Positions 47,613 to 56,832 of a stretch of 64,000 bases of DNA are shown piece after piece. The notes beneath the pieces were generated by a model. The model was not told the origin of the DNA. It was given only the letters and a program-made list of their open reading frames with translations, and made no database searches. The translations under genes and the position numbers were made by a program. Positions within the stretch are counted from its first letter, which is position 1. The number at the start of each line of letters is the position of its first letter. This DNA is from Actinomycetota bacterium (lineage in GTDB: Bacteria > Actinomycetota > CADDZG01 > JAHWKV01), in NCBI GenBank assembly GCA_051005875.1, contig JBPCIX010000021.1, positions 5,783 to 69,782 of the forward strand. The letters are read 5' to 3'.

Positions 47613-48377
47613 CTGGAGTTTCTCTCGGACCCAGACATTTGGATCGGCTTCTTCACCCTGTTGGCGCTTGAAATCGTCCTCGGCATCGACAACGTCGTGT
47701 TTATTTCGATCCTTGCCGGGAAACTGCCCCAGGCACAGCAGGGGCGGGCACGAACGGTCGGACTCAGCCTGGCGCTTATCACGCGCCTGCTGCTCCTTCT
47801 GTCTCTTTCCTGGGTGATAGGGCTCACCGAACCGTTGTTCACTATTTTCGGACAGGAACTTTCAGGCCGGGACCTCATCCTCATCCTGGGAGGCTTGTTC
47901 TTGCTCGGCAAGAGCACCTACGAGATTCATGATCGCCTGGAAGGCGAGACGGGGCACGCGACCAAGAGCGCCGCCGCGTCATTTGGGGGCGTGATCGTTC
48001 AGATCCTTATTCTCGACATGGTCTTCTCGCTCGACTCGGTGATCACCGCGGTGGGTATGGTTGACGAGCTGGGTGTGATGGTAGCGGCGGTCGTGGTGGC
48101 CGTCGGCGTCATGCTGCTGGCGGCGGGCGCAATTAGCAAGTTTGTGGACGGCCACCCGACGGTCAAGATGCTGGCGCTCAGCTTTCTATTGCTGATCGGC
48201 CTCGCCCTGCTGGCCGACGGGTTCGAAAGGCATATCCCCAAGGGCTACATCTACTTTGCAATGAGTTTTTCGCTCTTCGTTGAGTTGCTGAACCTGCGAA
48301 TCCGCTCAAAACGAGCCGACCCAGTGCACCTTCACAGCCGGTACGAAGGCCCGGAAGAAGTCCCGCCCAGCCACTAG
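47613..48377 (+). CDS. TerC family membrane protein (probable CTG start)
   Basis: LEIVLGIDNVVF, DMVFSLDSVITAVG; AGGAG 7 nt before CTG 47613. Confidence 0.9.
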   Translation: MEFLSDPDIWIGFFTLLALEIVLGIDNVVFISILAGKLPQAQQGRARTVGLSLALITRLLLLLSLSWVIGLTEPLFTIFGQELSGRDLILILGGLFLLGKSTYEIHDRLEGETGHATKSAAASFGGVIVQILILDMVFSLDSVITAVGMVDELGVMVAAVVVAVGVMLLAAGAISKFVDGHPTVKMLALSFLLLIGLALLADGFERHIPKGYIYFAMSFSLFVELLNLRIRSKRADPVHLHSRYEGPEEVPPSH

Positions 48378-48526
48378 TTTCTGATTAGGTTCCAAGCCGC
48401 GCCAGGGTGAGTTCGTCAACGTAGGAGTGAATGCCCGACTTTTCCCAGAATGTTGCGGATGTGCACTTTTCCGTGGTCAAGAAATTCTTTGAAATTTTGC
48501 CGGGACGGCCCTCGATTGGGCACTTT

Positions 48527-48548
48527 TGTCGGTCCCTCTCTTTAGAAT
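48527..48548 (+). promoter_or_regulatory. PafBC/RecA-NDp-type promoter motif
   Basis: TTGTCGGTC-N8-TAGAAT, 6 nt before ATG 48555. Confidence 0.75.
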
Positions 48549-48554
48549 TTAGTT

Positions 48555-49751
48555 ATGTTGAATTCCGTAAATGAACTGGAAGATTCAGCCCTCGCCGGCG
48601 CAATTGCGGCTGAAATTGAGGAGTTTGCAGGCAGGATCGACTACGAAATCCTTGAGCCCAACTACGCCGAGCGCCTAGTCGAGACCTTTGCCAAAATCGA
48701 ACACATAGCGGCCCATGTAAAGGCAATGGCAGCCCGGCGTGTCGAGAGCACAGGCGCTTGGCGGCTTCAGGGATACAGGACCCCCGGTCAATGGATGGCA
48801 CGCAAGGCCGGCATATCGGTCCCCCAAGCCGAAAGAGTCCTGGAAACAGCCAAGCTGCTGGAAGAGCTTCCTAAAACCGAGCAGGCTGTGCGGGAAGGCA
48901 AGCTGTCTGAAGTTCAAGCGGGCCACATTGCTCAAGCAGCCAAAGCCAGCCCATCGTCTGAGTCCGACCTTCTTGAAGCAGCAAAGACTGAAGGAGTGGG
49001 TCAGCTAAAGGATCGCTGCGCCAAGGTGAAGGCAGCCGCTTTGGCTGATGACGTGGCCCGCCATAACGCTGTTCACAAGTCCCGTTACCTCAGACACTGG
49101 ACCGATCAGATGGGAGCTTTTCGCCTTGAAGCCAAGATGACCCCTGAGGCGGGAGCGATAGTTCTTGCAGCATTGGAGCCCCATAAGCAGCGCCTGTTTC
49201 GTGAAGCGAAAAAAGCAGGCCCGAAGGAGTCCTACGATGCGTGTGCCGTAGATGCACTCCTGTCGATATCCGAGCACTCTCGCCAATGCACCCAGGAGGG
49301 CAAAGCCCTTGGCCCCGGAACCATGGTTCACGTACGGGTGGATCACTCAGCTTTAGTAAGAGGCCGCCTTAAGCCCGGGGAAGTTTGTGAGATACCAGGA
49401 ATTGGTCCTATCCCTGTAGCCACCGCCCAGGCAATGGCCGGCGACGCCTTTTTGGCAGCTGTACTGACCGATGGGGCGGATGTGCAGTCGGTAACCCATA
49501 TGGGCCGCAATATCCCTTCACGGTTCTACACCGCTCTCAGGGAACGAGACCCCTGTTGCGTTGTTCCCGGATGCGGAAACAGAAACGATCTTCAGATTGA
49601 TCACAACCAACCGGTCTACCAACAAGGCCCCACAAAGATGGACAACTTAGCCAGACTCTGCCGATGGCATCACCATCTTAAAACTTATTATCGGTACCAG
49701 CTTTCGGGGAAGCCGGGGGCATGGGAGTGGAATCCACCCGATCGGATTTAG
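48555..49751 (+). CDS. DUF222 / HNH endonuclease (intact)
   Basis: CVVPGC...QIDHNQP...NLARLCRWHH; paralogue of 1916-3129. Confidence 0.9.
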   Translation: MLNSVNELEDSALAGAIAAEIEEFAGRIDYEILEPNYAERLVETFAKIEHIAAHVKAMAARRVESTGAWRLQGYRTPGQWMARKAGISVPQAERVLETAKLLEELPKTEQAVREGKLSEVQAGHIAQAAKASPSSESDLLEAAKTEGVGQLKDRCAKVKAAALADDVARHNAVHKSRYLRHWTDQMGAFRLEAKMTPEAGAIVLAALEPHKQRLFREAKKAGPKESYDACAVDALLSISEHSRQCTQEGKALGPGTMVHVRVDHSALVRGRLKPGEVCEIPGIGPIPVATAQAMAGDAFLAAVLTDGADVQSVTHMGRNIPSRFYTALRERDPCCVVPGCGNRNDLQIDHNQPVYQQGPTKMDNLARLCRWHHHLKTYYRYQLSGKPGAWEWNPPDRI

Positions 49752-49825
49752 ACAGACTCGGGCCGTCGCACAATTAGCCGAACATCGCGAACCAAGTTTG
49801 TGGACGTAGCCGCTAGGCGGGAAAA

Positions 49826-49846
49826 GGGTATGATGATGGGTATGAT
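49826..49846. promoter_or_regulatory. probable antitoxin operator / -10 duplication
   Basis: GGGTATGAT direct repeat, 12-bp period, at the antitoxin start. Confidence 0.4.
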
Positions 49847-50075
49847 AAAGAAATCCAAGATCGCAATCACGCTTCCCCCTCATCTGGTCGCCCAGGCCAA
49901 TTTGGCCGTCAAAGATGGACGGGCCAGGAGCGTGAGCGCCTACGTCGCTGATGCGCTCTCCGAAAAGGTCAAGCTCGACACTCTGGATCGGATGTTGTCC
50001 GAAATGCTCGAAGAAACCGGGGGGCCGCTCACCGACGACGAAAAGCAACGGGCCGACAGGATTTTAGGACGGTGA
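49842..50075 (+). CDS. ribbon-helix-helix antitoxin (VapB-like)
   Basis: KIAITLPPHLV...SVSAYVADAL; overlaps the toxin start. Confidence 0.82.
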   Translation: MIKKSKIAITLPPHLVAQANLAVKDGRARSVSAYVADALSEKVKLDTLDRMLSEMLEETGGPLTDDEKQRADRILGR

Positions 50076-50449
50076 AGGGCGCCACATTTGATTCAGGGGC
50101 CCTCATTGCCTTCGAGCGCAACGACCGGGCGGTGGTTGCCGTCGTGGCAAGGGCCTGCGAGGCGGGCGACCTTTTGGCGGTGCCGGCCGGAGTTGTTGCC
50201 CAGGTATGGCGAGACGGAAGGCGTCAAGCCCGGCTGGCCAAGCTTCTGCGTTCTTCGTGCATAAAGGTCATACCCCTGGACGATGAACAGGCACGAGCGG
50301 TCGGGCAGCTTTGTGGCGTTTCGGGGACCGAAGACATCGTTGACGCCTCCGTCGCCTTCTGTGCCCGGCAAAAGGGCCAAACGGTTCTAACGAGCGATGC
50401 CGAGGACATTCGCCGGATAGACCCAACTCTGAACGTCATTCCGATCTAA
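50072..50449 (+). CDS. PIN-domain toxin (VapC-like)
   Basis: FDSGALIA, AQVW, DIVDASV, LTSD. Confidence 0.87.
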   Translation: MKGATFDSGALIAFERNDRAVVAVVARACEAGDLLAVPAGVVAQVWRDGRRQARLAKLLRSSCIKVIPLDDEQARAVGQLCGVSGTEDIVDASVAFCARQKGQTVLTSDAEDIRRIDPTLNVIPI

Positions 50450-50564
50450 GGAAGCGTATTTACGGAAGGGGGACGGCGTCGGCCACCATCACTGTGATTT
50501 TGCCGTAGTGCACCCGTTAGGCTGGTGGAATGCCTAATCGTTTTGGTCCACACGTGGGATCCAG

Positions 50565-51839
50565 GTGACTGATAGCCAAATTCAACTGACCACAACCGAT
50601 GCGGCCGATACAAGACCCCACCTGGTGATCGTTGGTGGGGGCTTTGGTGGCCTATATGCAGCGCGGGCCTTGGCCGGTACACCGCTGCGCATCTCTTTGG
50701 TGGACCGGCAGAATTACCACCTGTTCCAACCCTTGCTTTACCAGGTGGCTACCGCGCTGCTCAGCCCGTCGGACATCGCAAGTCCCATCCGACAGATCGT
50801 TCGGCGGCAACGCAACGTGCGCTCCTTTCTGGGCGAGGTCGTCGATGTCAAGCCGGATGCCAAGCAGGTCATCCTTGAGGATGGAGTCATGGACTTCGAT
50901 TATTTGATTGTGGCGACGGGCTCGACCCACGCCTATTTTGGCCACGATGAATGGGCGCAGTTCGCGCCGGGCCTGAAAACAGTGGAAGATGCTTTGAGAA
51001 TCCGCCACAGGATCCTGCATTCTTACGAGGCCGCCGAGAAAAAGAGTGACTACCCCGGCAGCCGCCCGTTGCTAACTTATGTGATCGTCGGGGGAGGACC
51101 GACAGGGGTGGAGTTGGCCGGGGCCCTATCGGACCTGGCAGATGCGATTTCCCAGGATTTTCGGCACGTAAACCGAGATTTGGTGCGGGTCGTCTTGGTC
51201 GAGGCCGGCGAGCGAATCTTGCCGGGGTTTCCGCTGGCGTCGTCCAACTGGGCCAAGGCCCGGCTTACCCAGCGCCGAGTGGAAGTTCGGACCGGAGCGA
51301 GCGTGACCAGCATCGACGGGAAGGGCGTAATGATTGGCGATGACCGAATCGAGACGCAGAATGTTGTTTGGGCCGCAGGGGTAAGCGCCTCGCCGCTTGG
51401 GCGGGCATTGGCAGCGCCTCTCGATGGGGCCGGCCGGGTTTTGGTCGGCGAAGACCTGACGGCGCCCGGTCACCCGAACATCTTCGTTGTCGGCGATTTG
51501 GCCGTAGTCTTCAATGACGGGGCCCAGGTACCAGGCGTGGCGACGGCCGCGATCCAGCAAGGCCAGGCTGCCGCCGCCAATATCATCCGGACTCTCGAGG
51601 GCTGGCCGACCCAGCCTTTCATTTACAAGGACAAAGGAATACTGGCCACCATCAGCCGGAGAAATGCAGTGGCCGTATTTCCTAAATTTCAGCTAACCGG
51701 TTTCCCGGCAAAGTTGGTATGGCTCGTGGTGCACATCTACTTTTTGATTGGTTTTAGGAACCGACTGATAGTCATGATCCAATGGTTTTGGGCTTCGGCT
51801 ACGCGCCAGCGCGGCGCAAGGCTAATAACCGAAAAGTAA
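50565..51839 (+). CDS. ndh: type II NADH:quinone oxidoreductase
   Basis: GGGFGG, FQPLLYQVAT, GGGPTGVELAG, WAAGV. Confidence 0.92.
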   Translation: MTDSQIQLTTTDAADTRPHLVIVGGGFGGLYAARALAGTPLRISLVDRQNYHLFQPLLYQVATALLSPSDIASPIRQIVRRQRNVRSFLGEVVDVKPDAKQVILEDGVMDFDYLIVATGSTHAYFGHDEWAQFAPGLKTVEDALRIRHRILHSYEAAEKKSDYPGSRPLLTYVIVGGGPTGVELAGALSDLADAISQDFRHVNRDLVRVVLVEAGERILPGFPLASSNWAKARLTQRRVEVRTGASVTSIDGKGVMIGDDRIETQNVVWAAGVSASPLGRALAAPLDGAGRVLVGEDLTAPGHPNIFVVGDLAVVFNDGAQVPGVATAAIQQGQAAAANIIRTLEGWPTQPFIYKDKGILATISRRNAVAVFPKFQLTGFPAKLVWLVVHIYFLIGFRNRLIVMIQWFWASATRQRGARLITEK

Positions 51840-52114
51840 GATTCGCCGGGCGACCCGGCCTGCAGGTTCTTGCTTAGCGTCATGGCACTAACCGAGGATC
51901 CTCAATCCGGCCAGAACCAAAAAGACAAGCGGGAAACTTGCTTGCATAGCGGCCCTTCGAATCATTAGTAGTGGCTACATCACTGGTAGTTCTAGTGCTG
52001 GGAATGCTCTGGTCGGGCCTTAACCTGCGGGACTACTACTCGCACCTCACGGTCGCCTACGGCGCCGGCGCGTCTACAATTAATCTGAACATCGCGGACC
52101 ATCTGGAGGACGAC

Positions 52115-52384
52115 ATGTGCCGGAATATCAGAACTCTTTTTAACTTCGACCCGCCTGCCACCGACGAGGAGATTGAAAACGCCTCGCTGCAATTTGTCAG
52201 AAAAATCTCGGGTTCAAGCAAGCCTTCGAAAGTCAACGAAGCCCCATTCAATCAAGCCGTGGCCGAGGTCTCTGTCGCGGCCCGCAGGCTGCTGGATTCC
52301 TTGGTGACAAACGCCGAGCCGCGCGATCGCGAAGTTGAAGCAGCCCGAGCTCGAGCCAGATCAGCGGAAAGGTTCGGCACCTAG
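52115..52384 (+). CDS. DUF2277 family protein
   Basis: GGAGG RBS; MCRNIRTLFNFDPPATDEEI...QFVRKISG. Confidence 0.9.
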   Translation: MCRNIRTLFNFDPPATDEEIENASLQFVRKISGSSKPSKVNEAPFNQAVAEVSVAARRLLDSLVTNAEPRDREVEAARARARSAERFGT

Positions 52385-52385
52385 G

Positions 52386-53855
52386 GTGGATATCAGCAGG
52401 CGTACCTTTGAGGGTCTGCGCGAGTTAGACAAGCTACTTTTCAAGAAGGTCTCGCGCACCCGAATACCGATGGTGGACAAGACCCTGCTTCCACTTTCCC
52501 GCGTGGCGAACAAGTCGGTTTTGTGGATGATGTTGGCCGCTGCATTAGCTGCTTGGGGTGGGCGATTTCACCGAAGGGCGGCGATGCGCGGGGTTATGGC
52601 TGTTGCTGCTACCTCGGCAATCGCCAATATCCCAATAAAGATGATCGCGCGGCGTGCTCGACCGGCCGGCAATCTGGTTCCCAAAACAAGACGCCTGAGG
52701 AATGTACCCACCTCGTATTCGTTTCCTTCTGGCCATGCCGCGTCCGCTGCGGCGTTTGCGACCGGGGCCGGCTTGGAATCGCCGGTGTTGGCCGCTCCAC
52801 TGGGTTTGCTTGCTGCAGCCGTGGGATATTCACGGGTCCACACAGGAGTTCACTACCCTAGCGACGTGATCGCGGGGGCGGCGATAGGGGCTGGGGTCGG
52901 CTTGGTCACCCGCAAGTTCTGGCCGATGGCCCTTCGCGAGCCGGCGAGGCTGCGCGGTGTCCTGACTCCAATTGAGGCCGAACCGAGACAACGAGGCGAG
53001 GGGACGGTCATTGTCGTCAATCCTTCGGCGGGGCCGGCTCTTTCAGCGAACCCCTCGGACGAACTGCGCGAAAAGCTGCCCGAAGCCGAGGTCATCGAAG
53101 CCGCCGAGGGCGAAGAGCTGCTGCCGCTGCTTCGGAAGGCCTCTCGCGAGGCCGATGTGGTGGGAGTGGCAGGCGGTGATGGCACTGTGGGGGCTGCGGC
53201 GGACGCTGCCATCAAAGCCGGCAAGCCGTTGATGGTTGTCCCTTCGGGCACCCTTAATCACCTCGGCCGGGATCTGGGCCTGTTCTCAGTCGACGACGCA
53301 GTAACTGCAGTTCAGCGGGGCGAAATCGCCGCGGTAGACGCAGCAACCATAGACGGAAAACTTTTTCTGAACACTGCTAGTTTTGGAGCCTATTCGGAAC
53401 TGGTCGATGCCCGCGAAAAGCTGGAGTCCAAAATAGGAAAGTGGCCTGCCCTGTTGATGGCGCTGGTCAAAGTGCTAAGAACCTCGGAACCTTTGGACGT
53501 TGAGGTCAACGGCCGCTCTCGAAAGATCTGGATGATCTTCATCGGCAATTGCCGATATCAGCCGAGCGGGTTCGCGCCGAGTCGGCGCGAAAGAATGGAC
53601 GACGGGCTGCTCGATGTGAGGCTTGTTGACGGAACCCAGCCGCGGGCTCGAATAAGACTTCTGGCGGCAGTTTTGACGGGCACACTTTCGAAAAGTGGGG
53701 TTTACGAACAGTGGACTGATCGCAAGATAACAATCAAGTCTCGGCAGGGACCGCTCCGATTGGCCCGTGACGGCGAAACCTTTGACGGATCCAGCGAATT
53801 TGTAATCCAGAAAAAGGGCAAACCCCTTGCCGTCTACGCGCCATTAACCCCGTGA
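52386..53855 (+). CDS. bifunctional PAP2 phosphatase / diacylglycerol-kinase family protein
   Basis: SFPSGH...SRVHTGVHYPSDV, then GGDGT...GTLNH. Confidence 0.9.
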   Translation: MDISRRTFEGLRELDKLLFKKVSRTRIPMVDKTLLPLSRVANKSVLWMMLAAALAAWGGRFHRRAAMRGVMAVAATSAIANIPIKMIARRARPAGNLVPKTRRLRNVPTSYSFPSGHAASAAAFATGAGLESPVLAAPLGLLAAAVGYSRVHTGVHYPSDVIAGAAIGAGVGLVTRKFWPMALREPARLRGVLTPIEAEPRQRGEGTVIVVNPSAGPALSANPSDELREKLPEAEVIEAAEGEELLPLLRKASREADVVGVAGGDGTVGAAADAAIKAGKPLMVVPSGTLNHLGRDLGLFSVDDAVTAVQRGEIAAVDAATIDGKLFLNTASFGAYSELVDAREKLESKIGKWPALLMALVKVLRTSEPLDVEVNGRSRKIWMIFIGNCRYQPSGFAPSRRERMDDGLLDVRLVDGTQPRARIRLLAAVLTGTLSKSGVYEQWTDRKITIKSRQGPLRLARDGETFDGSSEFVIQKKGKPLAVYAPLTP

Positions 53856-53863
53856 CCCATGAG

Positions 53864-54508
53864 CTACTCCTTGCTCAGGTATTTTCCCAACAGGAAGAAC
53901 AAGGCGAAAAGCGCCGCTACCCCGAACCCCGTAATTATCCAGGACGTTTTGGGGTCGTCGGGATTGAAGATGGTACCGAACACATACCCAGCGGCGATGA
54001 CTTCACCGATTCCGGCAAGCGCGCCCAACCCATCCGCCGGTAGGAATTTTCTCGATTTCATGTCGGAAGACCCGGCGGCCGCTCCCACCAAGGCCGAAGG
54101 AAACGCTGCAAGCCTGCCTAAAAAGACGAGCTTGGGCCCTTTTTTCTTGAGAACTTTTTGCAGTTTGTGAATCTTTTCTGTCGGCAAGAGTCGACCTGCT
54201 ACACCAGGCAGTTCACCCTTTTTGATTTCGGACGAATATAAGCGCCCGAGGTAGTAAAAGTGCCAGACTCCGAGGATGCTAAGCGGAATAGCGGCAAGGA
54301 CGATTTGGAGCAAAAGGGCCGGGTCGGACTGCTTTTTGGCGAGAAACGCTCCGGCAAGAATCACTTCCTTAGTCGGGCGCATCAGCACCAGAAAAAGAAA
54401 ATGGTCCTCATACAAAAATTTGGCCAGCAGTATGGCGGCGATTCCGAGCAGGAGCCTGACTCCGGCCAGCCACAGAAGCATCTTCTTCAGGTTGTTAGTT
54501 TTGTCCAT
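53864..54508 (-). CDS. DedA/VTT family membrane protein
   Basis: YYLGR...VFLGRL...AAAGSS pattern; several TMs. Confidence 0.7.
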   Translation of the reverse strand: MDKTNNLKKMLLWLAGVRLLLGIAAILLAKFLYEDHFLFLVLMRPTKEVILAGAFLAKKQSDPALLLQIVLAAIPLSILGVWHFYYLGRLYSSEIKKGELPGVAGRLLPTEKIHKLQKVLKKKGPKLVFLGRLAAFPSALVGAAAGSSDMKSRKFLPADGLGALAGIGEVIAAGYVFGTIFNPDDPKTSWIITGFGVAALFALFFLLGKYLSKE

Positions 54509-54598
54509 TAAGAGCCCTAGTCGTCAAGTGCCAAGATAATACTTTCGAAAATTCTTCCGGCCTTTATCGCGGTCTTGATCCTGCTCAACGGTATCCCA

Positions 54599-54627
54599 TT
54601 GACAAGAAATTCGTGTAACACGATAAT
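54599..54627 (+). promoter_or_regulatory. sigma-A promoter with palindromic operator
   Basis: TTGACA-N17-GATAAT; TCGTGT-A-ACACGA palindrome at 54611-54623. Confidence 0.7.
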
Positions 54628-54633
54628 AGTGTC

Positions 54634-54873
54634 GTGAAGAACCTGACCATCACCCTGGATGAAGAGACTGTTCGATGGGCGCGCGTCGAAGCCGCCCGTC
54701 GAGAGGTCAGCGTTTCTGGACTCGTCCGAAACTTACTTCGCGATCACATGACAACCGAGCAAGGGTATGAAGCAGCGATGATCAGATACCTAGGCCGGCC
54801 GCCCGTGCCGCTTAAAACCGGCGGCCCCTACCCCGGTCGCGACGATCTCCACGACCGTGCGAATTTTCGTTGA
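54634..54873 (+). CDS. RHH/CopG-like antitoxin
   Basis: KNLTITLDEETVRWARVEAARREVSVSGLV. Confidence 0.85.
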   Translation: MKNLTITLDEETVRWARVEAARREVSVSGLVRNLLRDHMTTEQGYEAAMIRYLGRPPVPLKTGGPYPGRDDLHDRANFR

Positions 54874-55300
54874 TTCAAACGTCCTTGTCTACGCCAAGGA
54901 CTCGTCGGAGGCGACGAAACAGGAACGGGCACTGGCCTGGGTTGAACACCTTTGGAGAAATCGATCCGGACGAATCAGCATCCAGGTCCTCGAAGAGTAT
55001 TACGTGACGGTAACCAGCAAGCTCAAGCCGGGTATCGTTGCAAACCAGGCGCGAAGCGATGTCCGGGACCTCCTTGCTTGGCGGCCCCTGCCTGTCGACC
55101 ACCTACTGGTGGAAAAGGCCTGGGCTTTCGAGGAACGTTTTCAGCTCTCTTTTTGGGATGCGCTCATCGTCTCGGCCGCCAAGCTAACGGATTGCGAGTT
55201 TCTCCTAACCGAAGACCTTCAGAGCGGACAAGATTTCGACGGCCTAACCATCGTCAACCCCTTCGAAGTTGCGCCAACCGAGATCTTCCGGCCGTCCTGA
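54857..55300 (+). CDS. PIN-domain toxin (VapC-like)
   Basis: FVDSNVLVY, QVLEEY, SFWDALI, LLTEDLQ. Confidence 0.9.
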   Translation: MRIFVDSNVLVYAKDSSEATKQERALAWVEHLWRNRSGRISIQVLEEYYVTVTSKLKPGIVANQARSDVRDLLAWRPLPVDHLLVEKAWAFEERFQLSFWDALIVSAAKLTDCEFLLTEDLQSGQDFDGLTIVNPFEVAPTEIFRPS

Positions 55301-55387
55301 GCCGACGAACTGACCGGCCGGGAGCCCACTAGGCAGTTGCAATACCCGACTAGGCGAACTCGCTGGCGCAGTCGTAAAGTCTAGGAG

Positions 55388-56155
55388 ATGATTCTTCCAA
55401 AGATTCTTCCGGCCTTTATCAAGCGCAGACTTGATCCTGCTCAACGATATGGACTTCGCCTAACTCTTTTTATTGCGGCAGTCTCGCTGGCCGGCATTCC
55501 CTTCGCCTATTTACTGGTCGAGATTACCAGCGGCGCCAGAATGGTTCGCGTTGATCGCGCCATATCCGAGCAACTTTTTGAACTCAAGGCAGGCAACCGA
55601 TGGCTGTCGACAGTTTTCAACGGCATCAGCTTTCTGGGCTTCCCCCCATGGTTTTGGGTTTTGGTCGGCGGGGTCAGCCTCTACCTTCTGAAGCGATCAG
55701 AGCGCCGGCTGATGATATATCTGCTGAGTTCGACCATCGGAGGGTCGATCGTGAACACGATCGTGAAGGAGACCGTAAACAGGCCCCGGCCCACCTTCAA
55801 AGATCCCTCGGCAGTCACTTTTCAGTCGGGCAAGAGTTTCCCCTCCGGCCATGCGATGAGCTCGACAATCGCTTACGGCGCCTTGCTTTTGATCTTCTTG
55901 CCGCTGATCCCGAAGCGCTACCGCAAGGCGGCTATCGCCGGAACGGTCTCATTGGTGCTGGTGATAGGCCTCGCCCGGTTGGGCCTCGGCGTGCACTATC
56001 TGAGCGACGTTATCGGCGGATACATTCTCGGCCTAGCCTGGCTGGCCGCCTCGACGGCAGCCTTCAGCATCTGGCGCATTGAGCGCGGAGCTAAACCGGT
56101 CCACCCGCTTGAAGCTGGAGTCGAGCCCGAAGCGGCCGCTACGCTACATCCCTAG
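55388..56155 (+). CDS. PAP2 family membrane phosphatase
   Basis: K-x6-RPRP, SFPSGH, ARLGLGVHYLSDV. Confidence 0.92.
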   Translation: MILPKILPAFIKRRLDPAQRYGLRLTLFIAAVSLAGIPFAYLLVEITSGARMVRVDRAISEQLFELKAGNRWLSTVFNGISFLGFPPWFWVLVGGVSLYLLKRSERRLMIYLLSSTIGGSIVNTIVKETVNRPRPTFKDPSAVTFQSGKSFPSGHAMSSTIAYGALLLIFLPLIPKRYRKAAIAGTVSLVLVIGLARLGLGVHYLSDVIGGYILGLAWLAASTAAFSIWRIERGAKPVHPLEAGVEPEAAATLHP

Positions 56156-56168
56156 CGAACCCGCTGAT

Positions 56169-56498
56169 TTATAGCAGGCAGATGTCGTAGGTCCAGATGA
56201 TCGGAGGGGCCCCAGGGTCGGGGGGCGGCTCGTTGCGGGAAACTCTAAGGCACCGCCTGGCCGCTTTGTCGCCGGTCGCGGCCTGGTCTTCGAAGACGAT
56301 TTCAAGCGTTTGGGGAACGTCGATATTCTTGCTTCGCAGTAGACCTGCGGGGTCACTCTTGGCGCTTTCCCACTCTGCGGGGTCCCCGGCCGCCTGCTGA
56401 AAGGCGGCGAGAACCTCTTCGGTAGCGAAAGCACCTACTTCTTCAAGGGAGCGCCTTACCCAGGCGCTCAATACCTGCGGAACCGCCTGCTCGGCCAT
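56169..56498 (-). CDS. hypothetical protein with nitrile-hydratase-like leader (NHLP) resemblance
   Basis: AAGDPAEWESAKSDPAGLLRSKNIDVPQTLEIVFED, followed by a 2-Cys C-terminal tail. Confidence 0.55.
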   Translation of the reverse strand: MAEQAVPQVLSAWVRRSLEEVGAFATEEVLAAFQQAAGDPAEWESAKSDPAGLLRSKNIDVPQTLEIVFEDQAATGDKAARRCLRVSRNEPPPDPGAPPIIWTYDICLL

Positions 56499-56832
56499 GG
56501 GCTTCGATCCTCCTGTTCCAAAATAAGCGAATGTACCTACAAGGACTAATCCTTTAGCCCAATGATATCCGAGGAGGGACCCCCGGTCGCGCGTCGGCTC
56601 GTACTCCGTACCTGCTGACTTAACAAACCCTTTCCCGGCCCAGCCCCCACCTGAAGGGTCTTTCAGGGTCTTTCAGTCTTCCTTCAGGGACCGTCCCTTA
56701 GTTTCATCCCATCGAGCCGCCGTCGGGGCGGACCGTATGAAAGGGGAACCCAATGCCGAGTTCTTAAGGGCGGAACCGAAGTTCAAGTTTCTGCTGCATT
56801 GGTGATGGACTAAGAATTGAAAGGGGTAATCC

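Larger units (their letters stand above)
54520..55450. mobile_element. VapBC cassette bounded by ~75-bp degenerate direct repeats
   Basis: 54551-54568 = 55403-55420 (18 nt identical); 54574-54590 = 55430-55446 (17 nt identical). Confidence 0.6.

Noticed and set aside
51880-52114. 48-aa hydrophobic N-terminal extension of DUF2277 or a separate small gene
   Set aside because: A strong RBS-ATG at 52115 gives the standard family start. The upstream frames contain stops and match nothing I recognise; possibly a remnant.
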